Shown: piece after piece, positions 27,795 to 41,280 of the stretch | Layout: each line of letters starts with the position of its first letter | Position numbering within the stretch: the first letter of the stretch is position 1 | DNA from: Malacoraja senta | Taxonomy: Eukaryota | Direction: 5' to 3' | Assembly (NCBI GenBank): GCA_038087875.1 | Contig: CM075992.1 | Location: forward strand, 7,442,001-7,506,000 | Length of the DNA stretch: 64,000 nucleotides | Program-made: the position numbers and the translations under genes | Notes under the pieces: model-generated | Told to the model about the DNA's origin: nothing | The model's input: only the letters and a program-made list of their open reading frames with translations | Database searches by the model: none

Positions 27795-28792
27795 AATACA
27801 CATACACAGTCGGAAGGAGGTTCTCAACCCCAAAACGTCACCCATTCCTTCTCTCCAGAGATGCTGCCTGTCCTGCTGAGTTACTCCAGCTTTTTGTGTG
27901 TACCTTCGATTTCAATCAGCATCTGCAGTTCCTTCCTACACACACACCCATATATACACACGCACACATCACACACACACACACACATATATGTATATAT
28001 ATATATATACACATATATATATATATATATATACATATTATATGTGTGTGCATCTATATGGGTGTGTGTATATGTAGGGGTGTGTATATGGATTTGTGTG
28101 TATATATATATATATTTATATATGTGTATGTGTATATAGGTGTGTATATATGTGTGTGTGTGTGTATATATATATGGGTGTGTGTACATATGGATTTGTG
28201 TATATATATATATTTATATATGTGTATGTGTCTATATACGGGTGTGTGTGTGTATATGTGTGTGTGTGTATATGGGTGGGCGTGTATATATGTGTATGTA
28301 TATGCACTGAACTTTTATGTTTATTATATTATTTAGAGTACTCTGTTTTATTGTCCCAAACAAAACAATGACATTCTTACTTGCAGCAACACAACAGAAT
28401 ATGTAAACATAGTACACTGTAAACAATACAATAAACAGAAAAAAGTTATGTTTATATATATGTGTGTGTGTGTGTATCTATATACCGATAGATACGCACA
28501 TATACATATATTTGTGTGTGTATCTCTGTGCATACATGTGTGTGTATATATATATTTACACATACTTACATATATACACAGGTATGTGTGTGTATATATA
28601 AGTAAGTAAGTAAGTAAGTTTATTGGCCAAGTATTCACATACAAGGAATTTGCCTTGGTGCTCTGCCCACAAGTAACAACATGACATACAGTGACAGTTA
28701 CGAATGACTCAGAAAACACTAAACATTAATAATAATAAAACATTAATGATAAAACACCATTGATCAAGCATGTGGACCAACAAAATGTGCAT

Positions 28793-28869
<77 letters not shown>

Positions 28870-28890
28870 CATACAAACATACATACATAC
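27318..28890. repeat. Compound TA/TG/CA microsatellite field
   Basis: Direct inspection; pure (CA)n at ~28793-28866. Confidence 0.9.
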
Positions 28891-31082
28891 ATAAAACAAA
28901 ACAAACTATAATAGTGCAAAAAGACAAAACCAATAAACAGTCTGTTGTTTATTGCCCCAGAAGGAAGTTGTAGGCAAGAGAGGGGTGCCTGAGGATGGGT
29001 GAAAGTGGGTCTGTTTGTGTGGGGGATAGGGAGAGGGGAGCTGATGTACAGGGTGAGTGGAGCCCCTGGAAGGGGATTAGATGGCTGCTTTTGCCTAGCC
29101 GCCCCTCTTGTCCCGAGAAGCGGTGTCAGGCCTCTGCTCTCCCCAGCCACTCTCCATATACGGTCAGGAACTTCTAATCAGCTAATCTACAACAAGCTGA
29201 AAGTATCCTTGACATGCAGCGATTCAGCGACGGAGTTATAATTGGAACGGCTGAAGACATTATGGACAGGAAGTTCTCGCTGATACTTCACTGCGAATTC
29301 CAGATAAGTGACTAAGACACTGTGGGAATAGTTTCTGCAATGGACACAGGCCGGTGGAAATGTTACGTGTTGTGGAGCACACTATTTTTCTGTTGTTGTT
29401 ATTGTGTGTGCGCATTCTTTTTTGTTTCGACCAATTTAACATAGAAACATAGAAAATAGGTGCAGGAGTAGGCCATTCGGCCCTTCAAGCCAGCACCGCC
29501 ATTCAATATGATCACGGCTGATCATCCAGAATCAGTACCCCGTTCCTGTGTTCTCCCCATATTCCTTGATTCCGTTAGCCCTAAGAGCTAAATCCAACTC
29601 TCTCTTGAAAACATCCAGTGAATTGGGCTCCACTGCCTTCTGTGGCAGAGAATTCAACAGATTCACAACTCTCTGGGTGAAAAACGTACCGTTTACAATT
29701 TAAATTTACAATTTATTTTCAATTTATGGACATATTTGCTTTGAATTCTTTCTGGGCACAGCATCACACGAATGCTATGCTCTGAAGAAAGGTCTCGAAC
29801 CGAAACGTCACCCATTCCTTCTCTCCAGAGATGTTGCCTGTCCCACTGAGTTACCCTAGCTTTTTGTATCTATCCTATGCCCAATATCCTTCGCATACAG
29901 GTTACCTTTCAACTTGGCACAGACCATGCCACATTTAGCAGTGGGAGCATCTAAGACTAAAGGTCATAGCCTCAGAATTAAAGGACGTACCTTTAGGAAG
30001 GAGGCGAGGAGGAATTTCTTTAGTCAGAGGGTGGTGAATCTGTGGAATATTTTGCTGCAGAAGGCTGTGGAGGCCAATGGACATTTTTAAGGCAGAGATG
30101 GATAGATTCTTGATCTGTCAGAGGTGGACAGGCTAGATGCAGGAAAAATCTTCCCGATTTTGGGGGAGTAAAGAACCAGGAGTCACAGTTTAAGAATAAG
30201 GGGTCGGCCATTTAGGACTGAGACGAGGAAAAACGTTTTCACCCAGAGAGTTGTGAATCTGTGGAATTCTCTGCCACAGAAGGCAGTGGAGGTCAACTCA
30301 CTGGATGTTTTCAAAAGAGAGAGTTAGATATAGCTCTTAGGGCTAACGGAATCAAGGGATATGGGGAAGAAGCAGGAACGGGGTACTGATTGGGGATGAT
30401 CAGCCGTGATCACATTGATTGGCAGTGCTGGCTCGAAGGGCCGAATGGCCTACTCCTGCACCTATTTTCCATGTTATGGGGGGACGGCAGGAAATAGGGT
30501 TAGGAAATAAAGGAGATAAGACCCAAAAATGTCACCTATTCCTTCTCTCCAGAGATGCTGCCTATCCAGCTTAGTTACTCCAGCATTTAAAGTCTATCTT
30601 CCATTGAAACCAGCATCTGCAGTTCTTTCCTACACGAGTTAGTTTAGTTTATTGTCACGTGTACCGGGGTACAGTGAAAAGCTTTTGTTGCGTGCTATCC
30701 GGGCAGAGGAAAGACAATACGTGATTACAATCGATCCAATTACAGTGTACAGTTACATGCCAAGGGAATAACGTTTAGTGCTCAATTTAGTAAGTTAATC
30801 ACCGTTTTGTAATGTTACAGGTTAGTAACGTTTAGTAACTCAGCGGGTCAGATGGCATTTCTCTGGAGACAAGGGGCAGGGCCAGGGCCAGACACCTGGA
30901 AGAATCTTGCCAGCAAAGAGAGAGAGAGTGCATTACTGAGAGAAGTTGCAGAGAGTGAGACTGGGAGATCATGTCAGGAGTGGGGCAAAGTGGGAGTGTT
31001 GCTGTAAGATTTCAACAAGGGATTTAAAGATCTCTACTCTGACCTGGTCCATTCCCACCTCAAACACTAATACATTGATGCA

Positions 31083-31388
31083 GCATGGTGGCACAGCGGT
31101 AGAGTTGCTGTCTCACAGCGCCTGATACCCGGGTTCGATCCCGACCACGGGTGCTGTCTGTCCGGAGTTTGTACGTTCTCCCCGTGACCTGCGTGGGTTT
31201 TCCCCGGGTGCTCCGGTTTCCTCCCACACTCCAAAGTCGTACGGGTTTGTAGGTTAATTGGCTTCTGTAAAATTGTAAATTGTCTACAGTGTGTGTAGGA
31301 TAGTGCTAGTGTACGGGGATCGCTGGTCGGCACGGACTCGGTGGGCCGAAGGGCCTGTTTCTGCGCTGTATCTCTAAACTAAACTGAA
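31083..31388 (+). mobile_element. HE1-like SINE (near full length)
   Basis: A/B boxes, V-domain, CR1-like 3' end and (TAAAC)n tail. Confidence 0.8.
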
Positions 31389-32312
31389 CATTTCCCTGGC
31401 TTCATCTTGCATCCAGGTCTCAGCTCCCCCAGTCCCAGCCTCTCCCGACCCTCTCACCACCCCCGCCTCACACACCCTCTGTTCCTCTCCCTCCACTTGT
31501 CCTTTCAAACCCCTCGCCTCCAGCCCAACTCCCTCCCCTCCCCTTGTTCGGTCCCCATCCTCGCTCCCTCCCACCTTCCGTAACTCATCGTCCAGCTCAG
31601 ATTCAGTCATCCCACCACTCTCATTCTCCCTCCCTACCACTCTAGCTCCCCCTCCACTCTCCCTCCCCCAGCTACAGGGGGGTTCTCACACCCCCCCATC
31701 TCCGCCCCGCATGCTGGCGGCGAATCTCTCAGCGAGCTGTCGGTTGAGAGCGGTCCCGAGCTGACCCCCTTGCCACTGCCCAGTCGCAGCATCACACGCC
31801 CTCCTCGCTGTTTGGATCAGACTCTCCCCGACGGCTGACAAATCGCCAGCAATTTGTCTTGGGGACTGATGGGCCCTGAGGACCGGGGTCAGAGAGGGAG
31901 GGAGAGGGAAGTGGGGAGAGGGAGAGGGAAGGGGAGGGAGGAAGGGGGTGAAGCAGGCGAGAGGGAGGGGTTGGGGGGAGAGAGGAGGGAGAATGAGGGA
32001 GGGGGTGGGTGGTGGTGGGGGAGTCGGAGGAAGTTTCTATCCAAAGCAGAGTACAAAGAAAGGGCAGCGTTGTAGCTCCATCCCGTTTTTTTTTTTTACC
32101 TGAAAATTAAATGTATTCAATTATTAACAATAATAATATTTACAAAACAAACAGTGACAACACATCCACCACCATAATACAAAACGTGATTCTCACACTA
32201 AATATCAAATAACTGTAAACAATTTCCCCCGACTCTCAGTCTGAAGAAGGGCCTCGATCCGAAACGTGACCAATTCCTTCTCTCCAGAGATGCTGTCTGT
32301 CCCGCTGAGTTA

Positions 32313-32623
32313 TGGGCCTGTCCCACTTACGCCACAGTTTCGGCGACTGCCGGCACCCGTCATAGGTGGCCGAAAATTTGCAACACGTTGAAAATCCAGC
32401 GGCGACCAGAAAGACGCTACGACTCTTTGGGCGACTGAGGAGACGACTCACGACCATACAGGCGACATGTCGCGGGGTGAAGCCTGTATGGTCGTGAGTA
32501 GTCGGCCAAAGAGTCGTACCTTGTTCTGGTCGCCGCTGGATTCTCAACATGTTGAACATTTTCGGAGACCTGTGACGGGTGACGGCAAGTCGCCGAAAAA
32601 ATCGCGTAAGTGGGACAGGCCCA
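32313..32623. mobile_element. PIF/Harbinger-like MITE inserted in a Penelope-like terminus
   Basis: Perfect 20-bp TIR TGGGCCTGTCCCACTTACGC and TTA duplication (32310-32312, 32624-32626). Removing it restores CCCGCTGAGTTACTCCAGC. Confidence 0.85.
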
Positions 32624-33104
32624 TTACTCCAGCACTTTGTGTCTATTTTCGGTGTAAACCAACATCTGCAGTTCCTTCCTACACACACACACACACACAC
32701 ACTCCCGGCCTGGCTAGTGAAACTGCTGGGCACGACATTATTATCCAGTTGTGGTCTGTCCTGCTGTGCCTCTGGTGTTAATCTGAACCTGCCTCCTACA
32801 TAACAGGCTGCTTATTTCAGGCAATCTAATTTTAAGCCTGAACTCACGCTCCCAGATGCAATGAGACTTCCTCCGGGCCAGGTTTAAGACGGGCAGGCAA
32901 GCTGAGAGCGCCCCTTGTTCTCCCAGCCTGGCCCGTGTGAATGGAGCCCTCGGTTCTAGGCAGACCCCGAGCCACAGACCCTTCTTTGTGTCGCCTGCCG
33001 GGCAAACCCAGACCAGGGGGAAACCCACAGGGAGGGGAGACTCGGGAAGCTGCTGCTGGGAGGGGGCACCTTGTCTCCCCAGCGGCCTGCAGCTGCCTTG
33101 TGTA

Positions 33105-33903
33105 CACGCACACAGGCGTACACATGCACTCATACACAATCTCACACTCACTCTCATACACACTCATGCACTCCCGAACTCACTCTCACACACACTCATG
33201 CACACTCTCATACACACTCACACTCACTCTCACTCACACGCGAACACACACACACTCTTGCACACTCTCACACGCGAACACACACGTGAACACACACACG
33301 AACACACACTCACACACTCACTCACACGCGAACACACACACACACACTCTCACACACACTCATGCACACTCACACACACTCTCACACTCACTCTCACACA
33401 CACGCGAACACACACTCTCACACACACGCGAACACACACTCTCACACACACTCTCACACTCACACTCGCTCTCACAGTCACTCACACGCAAACACACACA
33501 CGCTCTTGCACACTCTCACACACTCACACACACTCTCACACTCACACACACGCGAACACACACACGCGAACAAACACACACACACACACACTCTCATACA
33601 CACTCACACACACTCTCACACTCACACACACGCGATCACACACACGCGAACACACACACGCGAACACACACACACACACTCTCTCTCATACACACTCATG
33701 CACACTCACACACACTCTCACACTCACTACACGTGAACAGAAACACAACCACTCACAGACTCACGGACACACACTCACACAACACTCAGGCACGCTCACG
33801 CACCATAAATACATGAACATACACACACGCACTTACACACATACTCACACACACTCACATACACACTCTCACTCTATCTCACACTCTCTCACACACACAC
33901 ACA
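33105..33903. repeat. Degenerate (CA)n/(CACT)n tract with recurring CACGCGAACACAC
   Basis: Direct inspection. Confidence 0.9.
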
Positions 33904-35367
33904 GCCGCTGAACGCCTCTCTGGGGAGTGACACACACCCCTTTACAGATGTGAATGATGTTAACAGTTGGATCATTACTCCTCCCTCCTCCCCCCCCCCC
34001 CCCATTCACTGTCCCCCTCATCCACCATCTGCACCAAGCTTACGGGCCTTAACATTGCACAGATGGAGCTCATTCGGCCCATCAGATTCATGCCTGCTCC
34101 TTATGACAATCCCATTAATCCTGCTCTGTCTCTATCTCTCCATCTCTCCCTGTCTCTCTATCTGTCTGTCTCTCTCTCTCTATAACATCAATCGTTATAT
34201 TGGTATAACACTCTGCTCCACTGTGACGCCCAATATCTGTTCTCTATTCTAATATGTCGGAAGGAACTGCAGATGTTGGTTTAAACCAAAGATAGACACA
34301 AAAAGCTGGAGTAACTCAGCGGGACAGGCAGCATCTCTGGAAAGAAGGAATGGGTGATGTTTCAGGTCGAGACCCTTCTTCACTCAACGGGTCTGTTACC
34401 TTTTGTGTCTATCCATGTTCTAATATACTCTGCAACTGGGTCTGCAAGGCCTTGGGTGGAGAATCCCAGAGATTCACCAGCCTCTGCCTTCCTGCCCACT
34501 GCTCTGCTCCTCCTAGTCCTGTAGCCCTGGTGTCTAACACACAGCCACATACAATCACTCTCTGCTTTACTCTCCCGACCCAGCTGCAGGCTGTGAAATC
34601 TGCCCAGTCCTCTGAGGATAGACACAACAAGCTGGAGTAACTCAGCGGGACAGGCCGCATCTCTGGGGAGAAGGAATGGGTGACGTATCTGAAGTTTGTA
34701 GAAGGGTCTCGACCCCACACGTCACCCATTCCTTCTCCCCGGAGATGCTTCCCTGTCCCGCTGAGTTACTCCAGCTTTTTGTGTCCATCTTCGGTTTAAA
34801 CCAGCATCTGCAGTTCCTTCAGAGCAGTGCTCTGTGAGGATGCCAGCAAGTCTAACCAGTGATGTTTCTGAGGCGGTGTTGCTAGTGGATACAGATCCGT
34901 GTTTATCTTGCTTCCCAGACGGCTTTGATTAAGGAAAGTTGGCAGGCGGCTGCTTCGTAAGTCGATCTCTTCCGCTGCCTCTCGGCTGAGGTATGCGAGC
35001 CCAGGCAGTGTGAAGCAGGCTGCCTGGCTGGCACGGGTTCCGACAGTCCCTGGGTGCGTGCTGTGTGGGAGAGTGTGGGTGAAAATGTCCACGGCACATG
35101 TCGGGTAGAGAACAGGCCTGATTCTGTGCTGCATTCACCTTCCCTCCTTGTCTCAGCAACACCCCACATCTCTCACACATCAACTCACCCGCAAACCCTA
35201 GCGCACTCACTCTTTACCTTAACACTTTTGTACTTTACTTCAGTACGTTAGTAAGAAACATAGAAACATAGAAAATTATCACTTCTTCCACAGCCAACAA
35301 TGGGCCATTATGGGCTCCACCCTTCCTTGGTCACCTGTTGCCCGGCCCTGATTTGTTCTGGCCTTAG

Positions 35368-35918
35368 AAACAGAAACATAGAAAATAGGTGCAGAAGGAG
35401 GCCATTCGGCCCTTCGAGCCAGCACACTCCATTCATCGTGATCATGGCTGATCGTCCCCAATCAATAACCCGTGCCTGCCTTCTCCCCATATCCCTTGAT
35501 TCCACTAGCCCCTAGAGCTCTATCTAACTCTCTCTTAAATCCATGCAGTGACTTGGCCTCCACTGCCCTCTGTGGCAGGGAATTCCACAAATTCACAACT
35601 CTCTGGGTGAAAAAGTTTTTTCTCACCTCAGTCTTAAATGGCCTCCCCTTTATTCTAAGACTGTGGCCCCTGGTTCTGGACTCGCCCAACATTGGGAGCA
35701 TTTTTCCTGCATCTAGCTTGTCCAGTCCTTTTATAATTTTATATGTTTCTATAAGATCCCCCCCCCCCCTCATCCTTCTAAACTTTAGTGAATACAAGCC
35801 TAGTCTTTTCAATCTTTCCTCATATAACAGTCCCGCCAACCAAGGGATCAATCTCGTGAACCTACGCTGCACTGCCTCAATCACAAGGATGTCCTTCCTC
35901 AAATTAGGAGACCAAACC
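35368..35918 (-). mobile_element. CR1 LINE 3' fragment
   Basis: WSPNLRKDIL...QRRFTRLIP...RTRGHSLRIKGRPF...VVNLWNSLP; (TTTCTATG) tail. Confidence 0.85.
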
Positions 35919-37229
35919 TGTGTTGAGTCATAAACTGATACAGTCTGGAAACAGGCCCTTCGGCCCAACTTGCCCACACCGGCCAACGTGCCCCATCTAC
36001 ACTATCCCACCTGCCTGCGTTTGGTCTATATCCCTCTAAACCTGTCCTATCCATGTACCTTAGTACTTAGTAATTAACTTCAGTATTTTAATACTTCAGA
36101 ACTTGACCAGTACTTCACTTTAGTAATTTATTTTAGAGATACAGCATGGAAAGCATGTAATTTAATGCATAGATACTATGGATCTTTCACAAATATTTTA
36201 GAAAAAGTTTAATAGTTAAGTGCTGGATTGTGCAGAGGCGAATGTACACGGATGACAGAAGCTTTAGGCTTTAGAGGTACAGCTAGGTAACAGGCCCTTT
36301 GGCCCATCGAGTCCAGGCAAACCAGCGATCACCCCGTACACTTTCCTACACAATGGGGACAATTGACACATTACCGACAAACCTGCACGTCTTTGGTGTG
36401 TGGGAGGAAACCCGAGCACCCATAGAAAACCCACACGGTCCCAGGAAGAACGTGCAGACAGCACCCATAGTCAGGATTGAACCGGGGTCTCTGGCGCTGT
36501 AAGGCAGCCACTCTACCGCTGCGCCACTGTGCTGCTGCTGGTTGTGATGGTGCCCTCAGCCCATCCAACAAGGATGAGTGGCGGGTTCCAGGATTTAGAC
36601 CCGCAGGCAATGAGGGAACAGAAACAAAGTTCCAAGTCAAGATGTTGCCTGACTTGGAGGGGTTGGTGTTCCCAACGCCTGCTGCCCTTGTCCTTCTTGT
36701 CAGCGGAAGTAAGAAGGAACTGCAGATACTGGTTTACACTGAACCTCTGCCGCAGATGGCTGTGGAGGACGTCAATGGATATTGTTAAGGCAGAGAAGGG
36801 TAGATTCTTGACTAGTACGGGTGTCAGGGGTTATGGGGAGAAAGCAGGAGAATGGGGTTAGGAGGGAGAGATAGATCAGCCATGATTGAATGGGGCAGAG
36901 TGAACTTGATGGGGCCGAATGGCCTAATTCTCCTGTCACTTAGGACCTTAAAACCAGCATCTGCAGTTCCTTGGTAGACAAAAGTGCTGGAGAAACTCAG
37001 CGGGTAAAACAACATCTATGGAGCGAAGGAAATAGGCAACGTTTCGCGCCGAAACGTTACCTATTTCCTTCACTCCATAGATGCTGCTGCACCCGCTGAG
37101 TTTCTCCAGCACTTTTGTCTACCTTCGATTTTCCAGCATCTGCAGTTCCCTCTTAAACACATCTGCAGTTCCTTTCTATACACTTCTTCTTGTTAGTGTT
37201 GACCTGGTCCTGGATAACTGAGCAGATTA

Positions 37230-37655
37230 AGGGCGGCACGGTGGCGCAGGGGTAGAGTTGCTGCCTTACAGCTCTTTCCATGCCAGAGACGCAGGTTCGA
37301 TCCCGACTGGGGGTGCTGTCTGTACGGAGTTTGTACGTTCTCCCCGTGACCTGCGTGGGTTTACTCTGAGATCTAGGGTTTCCTCCCACACTCCAAAGAC
37401 GTACAGGTTTGTAGGTTAATTGGCTCGGTATAAGTGTAAATTGTACCTAGAAAGTGTAAGTGTAGGATAGTGTTAATAGAAACATAGAAAATAGGTGCAG
37501 GAGGAGGCCATTCGGCCCTTCGAGCCAGCACCGCCATTCATTGTGATCATGGCTGATCGTCCCATGGCTGATCGTCCTAATGTGTGGGGATCGCTGGTCG
37601 TTGCGGACTTGGTGTGCCGATGGGCCTGTATCCGCGCTGTATCTCTAGACTAAAC
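37230..37655 (+). mobile_element. HE1-like SINE interrupted by a short CR1 3' tail
   Basis: SINE consensus split by ATAGAAACATAGAAAATAGGTGCAGG... at ~37477-37577. Confidence 0.7.
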
Positions 37656-38207
37656 TGGCTTGCTCTCCAGTTCACCACAGTGAGTTGGTGGTGAATGGGG
37701 GATCATTCAAGCTGGCTGCCTTGCCGCGGAGGATGTTCACAAGTTATGGGAGTAGAATGAGGCCATTAGGCCCATCGAGTCCACGCTGCTGTGATTCAAT
37801 CATGGCTGATCTCTGCCTCCTAATCCCATGTTCCTGCCTCCTAATCCCATTTTCCTGCCTTCTCCCCATAACCCTTGGCACCCGTACAAGTTGACAAGCT
37901 ATAGGAGTTACATTGTCGGTGGTACACGTATCCAAGCAAGTGGAAAATATTGCCTCACTCTTTTGCCTTGCGCTTTGCAGTCAGCGGAAGGCTGTCAGAA
38001 GGTGAATCACTCGGCTCACTCTACCCAGCCCCTGATCTCCTCTTTCTGCCACTGTATTTATGCGGCCAGACCAATTAAGTTCCTGGTCGCTGGTGAGTCA
38101 ACTGCATGTGGCAAGATGTGCGGTAAAGGAACTGCAGGTGCTGGTGTACATCGAAGATAGATACAAAAGTGCTGGAGTAACTCGGCAGGTCAGGCAGCAT
38201 CTCTGGC

Positions 38208-38912
38208 AAGATTCAAGATTCAAGAGAGTTTATTGTCATGTGTCCCAGATAGGACAATGAAATTCTTGCTTTGCTTCAGCACAACAGAATATTGCAGGCA
38301 TAAATAAATACAGAACAGATCAGTGTGACCATATACTATTGAATATATATATACACATAAATAAACAGATAAAGTGCAGTAGGCTATTAAAGTTCAGAGT
38401 TGTTTGAGTTGTGTTTAATAGTCTGATGTCTGTGGGGAAGTAGCTATTCCTGAACCTGGATGTTGCAGATTTCAGGCTCCTGTACCTTCTACCTTCTATC
38501 TGAAGGCAGCAGGGAGATGAGTGTGTGGCCCGGATGGTGTGGGTCCTTGATGATGCTGCCAGCCGTTTTGAGGCAGCGACTGCGATAGATCCCCTCGATG
38601 GTAGGGAGGTCAGAGCCGATGATGGACTGGCCAGTGTTTACAACGTTTTGCAGTCTTTTCCGCTCCAGGGCGCTCAAGTTGCCGAACCAAGCCATGATGC
38701 AACCGGTCAGCATGCTCTCTACTGTGCACCTGTAGAAGTTCGAGAGAGTCCTCCTCGACATACCGACTCTCCGTAATCTTCTCAGGAAGTAGAGACGCTG
38801 ATGTGCCTTCTTTATAATTGCATCAGTGTTCTGGGACCAGGAGAGATCTTCGGAAATATGCACGCCCAGGAATTTGAAGCTCTTGACCCTTTCCACCATC
38901 GACCCGTTGATA
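38208..38912 (-). mobile_element. Rex1/Babar-like LINE 3' fragment with (TTGAATC)n-type tail
   Basis: VERVKSFKFLGVHISEDLSWSQNTDAIIKKAHQRLYFLRRLRR...FYRCTVESMLTGCIMAWFGN...IIKDPHHPGH. Confidence 0.85.
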
Positions 38913-39189
38913 TTAACATCCTTCAGCCATTACATTATCATCCTTGTCCACAATACATTGGAGCCCCCCAGCGGCGACCAGCGTCCACGGAAGCTTCCAG
39001 AGTCCCCGCAGACACTGTGTGTTCCCTCTCTCGGGACACGCGGGCACGGACGTAGGCCCGGAAGAGAGGAAGGCGGTTGACTCGGGCAGGACCTTTGACT
39101 GCCCGTTGCCTCGACCCGTGAATGGCCCAGGAGCAAACGAACAGAGAGATCTCCCCCCCCCCCCCCCCCGCCCCCCCCAACACTAATCC

Positions 39190-41280
39190 CTTTTTTTCGT
39201 ACAAAATGCTTTTATTCTGAACAAACAAAAATACAGAGTAGTAACACGATCAAAGAATGCCTATATTGGCATTTTACAAACAAAGTTATCATATTAAAAT
39301 ATTAACATTTTTATCAACAATACATTCGACCTCCCGCGGTGACCAGTGTTCACCGAAGGCCTCCAGAGTCCCTTGGACACCACGTGTGTGTTCCCTCTCC
39401 AGGGACACACGGGCACGGACGTAACCCCGGGAAAGGGGCAGGCAGCCGACCGCTGTGCGGCCGTCGATTACCCGCTGCCTGGACCCGCGAATGGCCATCT
39501 TGGCCAGGCCCAGGAGCAGACCGACAGGGAGGCCCCCTCCTCCTTCCCGACCCTCCCCCCCTCTGTGCCCAAAAATCAATAGCGTCGGACTAAAGTGGAG
39601 CCAAAACTTGAGGAGCAGCCCCCCTTCAGATAGTCGAACAGGGGCTGCAGTCTCTCACACTCCATGTAGACATGGAACACGGTCTCTTCTCGCCGCAGAA
39701 GTGACAAGCAGGGGAAGAGTCCGTGAACCGGCTCAAGTAGCTATTACAGGCCACGGCTTTGTGCAAAACTCTCCACCCCAGGTCCCCGATGTAAAGGGGA
39801 GGACTCCCTTGTAGAGAGACCTCCACTGGGGACCGCTCCCCTCGTCAGGTGGTAACACGGACCGCCAGGGTGTGTCTGGACGGAAGACGAGGGCGAGGAA
39901 GTGGAGAGTGTGCAGGAGCAGCCTGGACAGTACGCGTCTCTCCGCATCGCAGAACGGCACGCTGGGCATCTCGGAAAGGCGGCTCATGTTGCGTGGGGCC
40001 GGCTCTCGGGGAGGGACCCGGGCCGTAGGTCCTATGAACAATTCCGACGGAGCGGGGGTAAGCTCGTCCGGAATCGCTCCACGCACACGCCTCTCCTCGA
40101 CACCCACCATCACAGCCACAACACCCCCCTTCCCCTGAGGAGCAGCGCCCTGGCTGAAGGTGACCAAATTCCTGGCTTTCAGGAGCTCACGGTAAAAGCC
40201 AGGCAACTCCCGCCTAGCGCGTCAACTCATACCCGCTACCGGGGAGCCGGGAGCCCTCCTGAAGGCAGCGCCCCTGGCGGAAAAAGTACGTCGCCAGCAC
40301 GTGCCATCTAGGAGGGTAGTCCGAGTAGACGTACCTCCGCAGGGTCCTGAGTCGGAGAGCCGCCACCTGGGTATGAACACAGACCAGCGCCTGACCACCC
40401 TCCTCCAACGGGAGACTCAGAACCCCAGCAGAGACCCAGTGGTTCCTCTCACCCCAGAAGAAGTTGACCAATCTCCTCTGTAACACGGTTATAAAATAAG
40501 AGGATGGGACCATAGTGGCCATCCGGTACCACAGCAGAGAGGCCATCAGCTGGTTTATAACTACAGCCCTGCCCCGGTAAGAGAGCACACCAAGGAGGCC
40601 TGACCAACATCCCAGCCGGGCGACCACTTTCGCCTCCAGCTCCTGCCAGTTCGCCGGCCAAGCCCCCTCAGCGGGACTCAGGTAGACCCCCAGATAGAGG
40701 AGGTGCGTGGTACTCCACGCAAAACCTGCCATCTCCTCCGGCAGGGAGTCCACCTGCCACTGACCCACCAAGAGGCCAGAACACTTCCCCCAGTTGATCC
40801 TGGCGGAGGACACAGCTGAGAAAACCTGCTGGCACTCACGCATCCTCCGCAGGTCAACAGGGTCGGTGAACATCAAAATGACATCATCGGCGTAGGCCGA
40901 GAGAACCACCTCCATCCCCGGCCCCGGTAAAGCCAGGCCTGTCAAACCACCTCCGGAAAAGGCACAGGAATGGCTCTACACAGATGGAATACAGCTGGCC
41001 GGACGTGGGACATCCCTGACGAACCCCCCTCCCAAAGGGAATGGGGGCCAACAAAGAGCCGTTGACCTTAACAAGGCATTCTGCACCAGTGTATAAAAGT
41101 CGGACCCGGGCCACAAAATGCGATCTAACCTTATCCCTGGGAGTGTGTGATGGGACGTGTGGAGCGAGAGAAAGGCAGCTGGTAGAGCAGCCTCCTGGGC
41201 CAGATAGACCAGGTCCCGGACCAGATGGATATTGTCCTGGATGGCCTGGGACCCTGTAAAACTGGTCAGGGTGGATCACT
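39190..41280 (-). mobile_element. Tx1-clade (L1-like) LINE ORF2, 5'-truncated and frameshifted
   Basis: IHPDQ; GRGVRQGCPTSGQLYSICVEPFL; VVLSAYADDV; SARINWGKCSGL; YLGVYL; VLSYRGRAVVINQL; DLGWRVLH; C-terminal CHFCG zinc motif. Confidence 0.85.

Noticed and set aside
34920..35000. RRLLRKSISSAASRLR followed by AG|GTATGC, vaguely like the SYDE1 first exon
   Set aside because: In-frame TGA just upstream, no ATG, and the phase-2 donor does not match the phase-1 acceptor at 42929.
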